Shown: in pieces, positions 50,036-59,400 of the stretch | Layout: every line of letters starts with the position of its first letter | Position numbering within the stretch: position 1 is the stretch's first letter | Assembly: GCA_002269645.1 (NCBI GenBank) | Contig: NIVC01001399.1 | Location: 186,001 to 250,000, forward strand | Source of the DNA: Macrostomum lignano | Taxonomy: Eukaryota | Direction of reading: 5' to 3' | Length of the DNA: 64,000 nt | The notes under the pieces: model-generated | Seen by the model: the letters and a program-made list of their open reading frames with translations, nothing else | Told to the model about the DNA's origin: nothing | Database searches by the model: none | Program-made: the position numbers and the translations under genes

Positions 50036-52022
50036 ATCCTAGATCCCAGATCCTAGATCCCAGATCCTAGATCCCAGATCCTAGATCCCAGATCCTAGAT
50101 CCCAGATCCTAGATCCCAGATCCTAGATCCCAGATCCTAGATCCCAGATCCTAGATCCCAGATCCTAGATCCCAGATCCTAGATCCCAGATCCTAGATCC
50201 CAGATCCTAGATCCCAGATCCTAGATCCCAGATCCTAGATCCCAGATCCTAGATCCCAGATCCTAGATCCCAGATCCTAGATCCCAGATCCTAGATCCCA
50301 GATCCTAGATCCCAGATCCTAGATCCCAGATCCTAGATCCCAGATCCTAGATCCCAGATCCTAGATCCCAGATCCTAGATCCCAGATCCTAGATCCCAGA
50401 TCCTAGATCCCAGATCCTAGATCCCAGATCCTAGATCCCAGATCCTAGATCCCAGATCCTAGATCCCAGATCCTAGATCCCAGATCCTAGATCCCAGATC
50501 CTAGATCCCAGATCCTAGATCCCAGATCCTAGATCCCAGATCCTAGATCCCAGATCCTAGATCCCAGATCCTAGATCCCAGATCCTAGATCCCAGATCCT
50601 AGATCCCAGATCCAGATCCCAGATCCTAGATCCCAGATCCTAGATCCCAGATCCTAGATCCCAGATCCTAGATCCCAGATCCTAGATCCCAGATCCTAGA
50701 TCCCAGATCCTAGATCCCAGATCCTAGATCCCAGATCCTAGATCCCAGATCCTAGATCCCAGATCCTAGATCCCAGATCCTAGATCCCAGATCCTAGATC
50801 CCAGATCCTAGATCCCAGATCCTAGATCCCAGATCCTAGATCCCAGATCCTAGATCCCAGATCCTAGATCCCAGATCCTAGATCCCAGATCCTAGATCCC
50901 AGATCCTAGATCCCAGATCCTAGATCCCAGATCCTAGATCCCAGATCCTAGATCCCAGATCCTAGATCCCAGATCCTAGATCCCAGATCCTAGATCCCAG
51001 ATCCTAGATCCCAGATCCTAGATCCCAGATCCTAGATCCCAGATCCTAGATCCCAGATCCTAGATCCCAGATCCTAGATCCCAGATCCTAGATCCCAGAT
51101 CCTAGATCCCAGATCCTAGATCCCAGATCCTAGATCCCAGATCCTAGATCCCAGATCCTAGATCCCAGATCCTAGATCCCAGATCCTAGATCCCAGATCC
51201 TAGATCCCAGATCCTAGATCCCAGATCCTAGATCCCAGATCCTAGATCCCAGATCCTAGATCCCAGATCCTAGATCCCAGATCCTAGATCCCAGATCCTA
51301 GATCCCAGATCCTAGATCCCAGATCCTAGATCCCAGATCCTAGATCCCAGATCCTAGATCCCAGATCCTAGATCCCAGATCCTAGATCCCAGATCCTAGA
51401 TCCCAGATCCTAGATCCCAGATCCTAGATCCCAGATCCTAGATCCCAGATCCTAGATCCCAGATCCTAGATCCCAGATCCTAGATCCCAGATCCTAGATC
51501 CCAGATCCTAGATCCCAGATCGTAGATCCCAGATCGTAGATCCCAGATCGTAGATCCCAGATCGTAGATCCCAGATCGTAGATCCCAGATCGTAGATCCC
51601 AGATCCTAGATCCCAGATCGTAGATCCCAGATCCTAGATCCCAGATCCTAGATCCCAGATCCTAGATCCCAGATCCTAGATCCTAGATCCTAGATCCCAG
51701 ATCCTAGATCCCAGATCCTAGATCCCAGATCCTAGATCCCAGATCCTAGATCCCAGATCCTAGATCCCAGATCCTAGATCCCAGATCCTAGATCCCAGAT
51801 CCTAGATCCCAGATCCTAGATCCCAGATCCTAGATCCTAGATCCCAGATCCTAGATCCCAGATCCCAGATCCTAGATCCCAGATCCTAGATCCCAGATCC
51901 TAGATCCCAGATCCTAGATCCCAGATCCTAGATCCCAGATCCTAGATCCCAGATCCCAGATCCTAGATCCCAGATCCTAGATCCCAGATCCTAGATCCCA
52001 GATCCTAGATCCCAGATCCCAG
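50036..52022. repeat. near-perfect (GATCCTAGATCCCA)n array, about 140 copies of a 14-mer built from two 7-mers
   Basis: Direct inspection; variant block GATCGTAGATCCCA at about 51517-51625. Confidence 0.98.
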
Positions 52023-52438
52023 AGGGTGACATTCGGTCAGAATACATGTCAGTAGTAAATTGTAATGTAAGTTACTCTACAAAATGTATGGTACAATTTT
52101 GTTCTCATGCAGTTGTATAAGATTTTTAAAAAGTTTCATTTTTTATTCCTTTTATAAAAGACCTGCTGCCTTTTTACATTTATAATTTCTTCGTTGTAAA
52201 AGTATTGTAAGGCCACGCTAAAAAACTCTCTCAGTGCTGACATAGATTCTCTACTTATGTTCGTACTAATTAATTCATAGGCTTGACCAGCACGTGACAT
52301 AGACATTCACTCTTTCTTTGTTAAATTGTTAGACACGAAATTAAATTTAATCTGTTCTCAAAAGTTGCTCAAATCGTAAAACGCTTTGCAGACTGAATTT
52401 TCTACAATTAATATAGCTTTCAAAAGCTGCTATTTACG

Positions 52439-53299
52439 ATGCCAAACACCGTCAATGTTAGTGTCGAATACTGGTAAGTCATCAGCCTATGTTTTATTTT
52501 TAGAGAGTTTCATTTATCTCAGTATACGTACATGTATATAGATTGTCTTTTTTAGACAGTAAATTTGATTGCGACATTGACTACTAACACGAGGTGCTGT
52601 GATGTCAAGGGTTACTGGGGAATTGCTGAGATGTCAAGGGTTACTGGGGAATTGCTGAGATGCCAAGGGTTACTGGGGGAATTGCTGAGATGCCAAGGGT
52701 TACTGGGGGAATTGCTGAGATGCCAAGGGTTAGTGGGGGAATTGCTGAGATGCCAAGGGTTACTGGGGGAATTGCTGAGATGTCATGGCTTACGGGCGGA
52801 ATTGCTGCGATGTCGAGGGTTACTGGGGGAATTGCTCAGATATATCAAGTATGAGAGGTCAGAAGCTACATGTACATGTAGTTTATTCAAAGTTTCCATA
52901 TACTAAAAGTGGTCTGTCGGTAGGTAGATGTACATTTACATCGCTGCGTAACAACTTCACACATGTACTGCGTAATACAGCAAAATCTCTACTGATCATC
53001 TATAATTCCCCTCCCCCCAACCTTACAGCAGCGTCCAATGAGACTACGAACCCCGCTATGAACACCTGCGCGAAGCAATTCTCAGCGCGTGCCCCAGCGG
53101 GGTTCAGGTATCCGGTGTTGCTGGTCGTCGGGGCGCTTACGAGGTGACAGTCAATGGCCAATTGATTTTCTCTAAGCTGAAGATGCGCTGTTTCCCCGTT
53201 GAGAAACAGGTGATCGACGATGTGAGGAAAGCCACGAATGGTGTGAAGCCTAAGAAGCTGGGATCAGATAGCGGAGGTTGTGGATGTCATCTATTGTAG
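52439..53299 (+). CDS. MIEN1: MIEN1/SelW2-like Rdx-family selenoprotein, copy 1 (101 aa, Sec at UGA 53039..53041)
   Basis: join(52439..52473,53029..53299) gives MPNTVNVSVEYC-SVQ-U-DYEPRYEHLREAIL...GAYEVTVNGQLIFSKLKMRCFP...KATNG...CHLL*. Matches the Rdx/MIEN1 motifs VEYC, FEIEINGQLVFSKL and terminal CaaX; SECIS-like element downstream. Confidence 0.85.
52600..52840. repeat. 30-bp minisatellite (AGGGTTACTGGGGGAATTGCTGAGATGCCA) in the intron of selenoprotein copy 1
   Basis: About 8 copies. Confidence 0.9.
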
Positions 53300-53473
53300 C
53301 GCTATTGGCTTCGTTTTTACTTAATTTTCTTGATTTCTCTCTCATAAACGAAGTCTTTTTTTCAATGAATAAACAGATTTTGATATTTGAAATGTATATT
53401 TCTACTTTAAGTAGACTAAATAGTAGCATAAATTGAATTCAGAAACAAAAACAAATAGAAAAACCAGCGCGTG

Positions 53474-53573
53474 CCCAGACGTATGACGACAGGCCTCGGC
53501 GTTAAAATCCTAATTGGAACCGTCCGCAGCATCGCACCGGATGGGCGCCACCTGTCTGACACACGTATCTGGC
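53474..53573 (+). other. SECIS element (atypical) of selenoprotein copy 1
   Basis: ATGAC...TGAC core; helix GACAGG/CCTGTC plus GGCGT/GCGCC; unpaired AAAA; lower helix CCAGA-CGT/ACG-TA-TCTGG. Confidence 0.75.
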
Positions 53574-54029
53574 TGAGTCTGTGCGCGCGTTGGTTTTTTT
53601 GGTTTCATTTAAACAAAAAAACTGTGAAAAAGTTACGTTTATAAAAGGAGAAAGAAAGAAAATAAGTTGTGGCAGAAAAGTGTCTTAAAAGTAACTTTTG
53701 ATTTATTCGGCATCAAATATACATGTATCTTGAAACATAGTTCATTTTTTTGCTTCGTGCAGTCGCATGCTGCGCTACTTTTAATATCAAGGTTGAATAC
53801 TTTTCTAGCGGCTTTTTTATGAAGGGCTACTTAAAAAAAAGAATAAAAATACTAAATAGTTTGCTTGACTTGTGGACCATTAAAGATATGTACATTATGC
53901 TTAAATTAGAAAAAATATACTATAGTTAGGGCAAGTTAGCTTAAAAATTTGTTAATTAGAAGAAAGTTAAAAGATAACTTTAAAATGGAAGAAAGGGCGC
54001 AGCTGGCACTGTGGCTGAGACGGCTCTGA

Positions 54030-54760
54030 GGGTCCTAAGCTGTCAGTCGAGATGCTCCTGGAGCTCTGCCATCTTGGGCATGAGAGGCTGCCTGTTAGAA
54101 GCAGGAATATTGCGGATCTCGCTCTGGAATTCAAGCGGCAGGCGGCTCCAGAGCGCGTAGACGTAGCTGTCGAGGGTGCAGGCAAGCTCGCCGAGGCGGA
54201 GGAGCTGGCCGGTGGCCAGGTGGAGGGCGTCTGTGAATTCCTTGAGCTCACCCAAGTCGGAGGCAGAGCTGAAGTGAAAGGCGAGGAGACGCTGGAAGGA
54301 GGCGTTCTTTTTCTCCTGCGTGTCGGCGTAGTTGGCCTGGAGGACACGCAGCAGTCCTCCACGTAGGCGCCCGGTTGGCAGGCGTCGAGGGCACCGAGAT
54401 TCTTGAGAGCGGAGCCGGAGAGCAAACCGCGGAGTGCCTCAAATTTGTCGACGTCTTTGAGGCTGGAGCGGTCGACGCGGTAAACGAAGGCATCCCAGAA
54501 GCCCGGAAATGCAGCAGGGTCCGTACCGTCGAAGGTCGGGAGAAGCACGTTCTTGAGAATGGTGGAGCGGATGAGCCCGGTCGGATCGTGGGCATCTGAT
54601 GCGGGCGTTGAGGCAGCTGGTGTCGAGGCTGGACGGACGGTGGCAGCTAGCGAGCTGTTGCATCAGGTGCTGGTTCTGCTGCATCATCGCGGGTCATGGA
54701 GGCGAGGTAAGGCGTTGACGTCAACTCCGGGTTAACAGGAGAGGCGGCAGAGATCGGTCT
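54030..54760 (-). mobile_element. BEL/Pao-type LTR-retrotransposon gag fragment (DUF1759-like), frameshifted
   Basis: LPTFDGTDPAAFPGFWDAFVYRVDRSSLKDVDKFEALRGLLSGSA matches the Pao gag motif LPxFDG...W..F...V...L.D..KF..L...L.G.A. Continues in another frame (LQANYAD...ELKEFTDAL...LWSRLPLE). No pol or LTRs recognised. Confidence 0.75.
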
Positions 54761-54870
54761 GAGCAGCAGGATCGGAGCCATTGCTCCGGCTGAAGAAGCT
54801 GGTGACGGGTCACTGAGGTCAAAGGGCGGTTGCTGATTTCCGTCAAGGCCGCGCGCTCTTTGTACGTTCC

Positions 54871-55140
54871 CAGAGAGCTACATTAAACTATGGTGTCATT
54901 GCCTTCGATGGTATGGCAGAGAGCTACATTAAACTATGGTGTCATTGCCTTCGATGGTTGGCAGAGAGCTACATTAAACTATGGTGTCATTGCCTTCGAT
55001 GGTATGGCAGAGAGCTACATTAAACTATGGTGTCATTGCCTTCGATGGTATGGCAGAGAGCTACATAAACGATGGTATCATGGCCTTCGATGGTATGTCA
55101 GAGAGCTACATTAAACGATGGTATCATGGCCTTTGATGGT
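54871..55140. repeat. 46-bp minisatellite (AGAGAGCTACATTAAACTATGGTGTCATTGCCTTCGATGGTATGGC), about 6 copies
   Basis: Direct inspection. Confidence 0.92.
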
Positions 55141-55764
55141 ATCATTGCAGGCAGCGGAGTTCGATGTTATCACTGTCTTCCTGGGCTAGCTTGTAGCAGC
55201 TGTGCTGAAGAGGGCCCTGTGGAGGCGGTGCCAGCAGGGACGAAAGCGGAGTCTAGACAGAGACGGCAGGAGACACGGCGGCAGCTGCGCGGTGCATCGG
55301 AGAAGTTCGGAGCAGTGCCTCTGGAGAGACAACTGCTCTGGGTAGGGTACTCGTACATCGTAGATTTTAAGATTAGTGCGAGCAGTGTTGCTCTGATGTG
55401 AAGATCTTTGTGGTGATATCTTGACGGGCAGCTGGTTGGCAGTAATATTGCATGGCGACCACACGCAAAAATACAGAAGGAAATACTATTTTTTCAGCTT
55501 ACATGTGTAAATCTGACAGAAACATTTAATTTGCATGTCCTACACCAGCGTTTTTATTAACTCTAGGAATTTTCCATTAAAAGATAACCGTACAAATTTG
55601 ATGGCTAAAGTGTAAAATATGATTATATACTCTTGTCATGCAAAATTATACAGACTGAACTTTAATACATTGTATTCAAATGTCAAAAAATCTTATCAAA
55701 TGTTAAAGCTGTCTGCAGTCTGCTGCATTATGCTTCATCGAGATTGAATTGAGCTGATTTACAC

Positions 55765-56056
55765 CGGCCTAGCTTATGGCCAGATGTGCAACCGACAGCT
55801 CCGCCGCAGCTATTTTGCGGCGCATCTGAAGACTGCGTTCAGTCCAATTAAGGACTGGGGTCGCCACACACCCTGAATTACCCCAGCTAATGCTGGCACC
55901 AATTTTACAGCTGGGTGAACTGAAGCAAATAAATGCAGAGTTTACATGTAAAATATCTTCTTGATCGTGCTGCACACAAAATTGTTCCAGTGGGATCGGG
56001 AATCGAATCCCCAACCTTCAAGTCGTGAGTTTGACGCTCAACCACTGGGCTAAAAC
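55765..56056 (-). mobile_element. tRNA-derived SINE, same family as 19365..19611
   Basis: Shared blocks CAGATGTGCAACCGACAGCTC.GCCGCAGCTA and AGCTAATGCTGGCACCAATTTTACAGCTGGG; head TAGCCCAGTGGTTGAGCGTC...GGATTCGATTCCC on the minus strand. Confidence 0.85.
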
Positions 56057-56423
56057 ATTTTATAATAAATATTTAATTGCCTTAAAAATATAAAAATGAA
56101 TACACCTTTTTTACGCATGCATCTATTACATACAAAACATGTATGCGTTTTTCCTTTACCTTTAACATGCTTTACGCTAACTAAATTTTACATAATGTAG
56201 TAATACAGTTTTCTGACTTTGTTCTGTATTAAAAATGCTTTTGGTTTTTACATTTTGCGGAAACATTTGTTAACTTTTATGTTTGTTTTTATCGCGGTAA
56301 TACAGTTTTTATATAAAATGAATTTTCAGTGCTAAAAAAATAAGGAAACGGCAACGCATCATAATAAAATATTAAATAAACCTTAACATTCTTAGAGACA
56401 GAAGTTACTTTACGTCGTTTACG

Positions 56424-59400
56424 ATGTCGCACCCCGTTACCGTTAGTGTTGAATACTGGTAAGTATCATTTTATTAATACTTTAACAGTTGAACTTGATG
56501 CACTAAAAAGATTAAAACATAGGGGATAGGTGGGTGGGGCTACCTTCTTCTTTAGTAGTACTATATACTAACTTTGATGCCATTGTATCCAAATGTCAAA
56601 TCTGTTGAATCGGTTTTGAATCGATAGAAATCCACTAGGCCTATACTGAAATAGTTAGCTACAAGAATCTGTTAGGCCTAGTTTTTACAATAAATGAATT
56701 TAATTAGCAAACTACGCCTAATTCCATTCTCTCTTGCTGTCCAATTGGTACAAACAGTTTTTATGAGGATAGGCCTAGTATAGAAGCGTTAAAGCTATAC
56801 CCAAAGTTCCAGACCAGTATCAGTCTAATAGGCCAACTATTTTTATATTTGTACATGCATGTGTTTCTATTATAATAAAGTTTGTGGCTATTATTAAGTG
56901 TTTAGGCCTATTTAGAGATGGATAAATAGTCTATTTTTGTATAGGCCCTATATGTAGAGTAATTATTATTAGTGTTGCTTCTCATCTCAACAAAACAAGA
57001 ATATTTTATACAATATTTCTATTGCATTAATTTTGAAGTAAGTTGTATTAATATATTTATATTCTTGAAGGGGTAATTAAGCTAAGTTGGGAATCCTACA
57101 ATGGCCACCAAGTTGTTCCAGGGGGTTCTATCTGGCTATTCACAATCCTACGGCTGTCACCAAATTGTTAAAGGATTTTATTTTTAATTTTAACCTATCC
57201 TGCTGATGCTACAGAACTCTTGAGTATCCTGGAATGAGTTTTATAATTTTAAAGGTTCATGTATAAGCTAGCCATTTAAACCAGTTAGAATTACTAGAAT
57301 TACTAAGTTACGAGGTTAGAACTATGGGCTTTCATGTAAGTACGGATTGCCCTAGTAGCACGTAGTGCCTGAGCAGCAAGACACTGTTTAGCTAAGGGGG
57401 TGACTAAGTCCTAAAAAGCAGTCATCTCCAATGGACCAAGGGTGCCCAGTGAATTCTTGTTTCCTATCTACAGATTTGCTTGTGTCATTCACGACCTGTC
57501 ATTGGTTGTTCGATTCGAAATAGCCACTGGGATAATTCTCCCTTGTCTATTGGCTGATCACGCCTCTGTTCTTTGCGGGTCCGCTTATTGGCTCATAGAC
57601 TGTTAGTCTGATACTCTTGGTAGATTCCACCTTTGCCCAATGAGCAGTCGCTCTCAGCTTTTGACAAATAAAGAAGGCTTGAACACCTCTAATTTTCTTA
57701 GGCAAATCGCCTCTATATTCAGGATCGAGTAAAAAGCTCAGTCGCCTCTTTGGGTGCAAAACTCCCATGTATTTATAATAAGATTGGGGTGGGGGACCAG
57801 ATTCATTTAAACAAAAAATATTTTCCAAGTTATGTTTCCATAGTGACGCAAAAATTTAAATTGGGCCTACATCAATGTTAAGTTTATTTACTTGCTAAGA
57901 ACCATAGTCGGAATAGTTTCCATGCATTTTGGTGCTTAGCATTTTGGTACTCCAGATTGCTTTTTGGTGCTCTAGTTTATGATGCCTAAATAATAATAAA
58001 AAGTAATATAATAGCAAATATAATAAATACTTTACAAAACATTTAGTATTTCTAATGAAAGCTATAATCCAGTAGGCCTATCTATTTTTTTTTCAATTGG
58101 CATGTCTTTTAAATTTTGAAAAATCAGGTCAATTTAATTGTATGCACTTTTCGAATCCTTTATTACAATTATAAGGTTGCACTGCACTTAGCATGCATGC
58201 TAAGAAGAGTTATTTAGGTAAAGATGAAATCTATCAATAATGCTAAATGTAGTTTTGATCAAAATTATGGAATGGCACAAATCTATTCTAGTATTGATTT
58301 CTTGAGTCACATGATTCTGTTTTATTTCTTAAAAAATCAAATTGAAAGAAAAAAATTACATGAAACAAGACCATTTTTTAATTTAAACCCAGGTCAGCTT
58401 AACAAAATGAATACCTAAGTTATTAAATAAATAAGTATTATAAAGCAAAGTGCTTACTGCTAAATAGGGCTCATTTTTTATATTTTTGTGTTAACTATAA
58501 TTTTTAATTTAGGCACCAAAAAGCAAACCGGGGTACCAAAATGTAGGGCAACAAAAAGGGTAGATACCGTCTAGATCATGCTAGGTGCATACCCAAATAA
58601 AACTTGAATAATTACAAATGTATGCCAGAAAATTGAGTGTAGTGAATTAATTTTATAGATAAACAAAGTTTATTTACTTGCTGAGAACCATAGTCTTGAT
58701 CATTCATGCCCTAACAAAAATTAAATATATAAATGTATGCCAAAAAATAGAGTGCACACCTATTCTCAAAACTAAGCTGATTTTGCGACATTAAGTGACC
58801 TTTTTTATATTCTACTTTATAATAACTTTTCTATGATTCTATAAAATATATACCAGGTATGCATGCATACCATTTTCTTAATAGTGATGTACACCAACTG
58901 TACATGCCTACTTTTGGCATGCAAGCAGTGTTGGGCACTATTAATGAAAATCTTAACTTTGTTAATGGCAAAAGCATAGTGTTAAAACAAAAAAATCTTA
59001 ACCTATTCACTTTTAATTTTGTTAAATTAACTAAAATTTAACTGATAATTGTTATTAAGTGTTAATCTGTTAAAGTTACCACAGAAAATACAGAAATCTT
59101 GCAAAACAGACTTCATAATATACTGTCTGCTTTTCTACCTTTTAGCAAAACACTGAGATCATTTAAGGGATTTATAAGCTAAGAAAGTAAAAAATAATAA
59201 TTTAAAAAACTTGTATGTGTAGTAGAGCAGTATTTTAGGAATGGGAATTAGTAGCAAAGCAGATATGCTTTTTGCCTACTGTCAGTAGTTTAGGGTTAGG
59301 AAAGTAATTAGAGCGGGGGAAAAGCGCTAGTTTTTGGGATTCCTTAGAAGTATAGAGCAGTTTGGGGCTTGGGAAGCAGATTTGTTCATGGTTTTGTCTC

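Noticed and set aside
52785-53147. ORF-track proteins 52565..52906, 52785..53147 and 62916..63224
   Set aside because: Wrong frame or antisense to the selenoprotein exons, or derived from the minisatellite.
55440-55470. Primer-binding site for the Pao fragment (TGGTCGCC on the minus strand)
   Set aside because: Not preceded by an LTR-terminal CA, and no matching LTR was found.
57547-57828. 93-aa ORF in the selenoprotein intron
   Set aside because: Non-ATG start, no recognisable motif and no supporting splice pattern.
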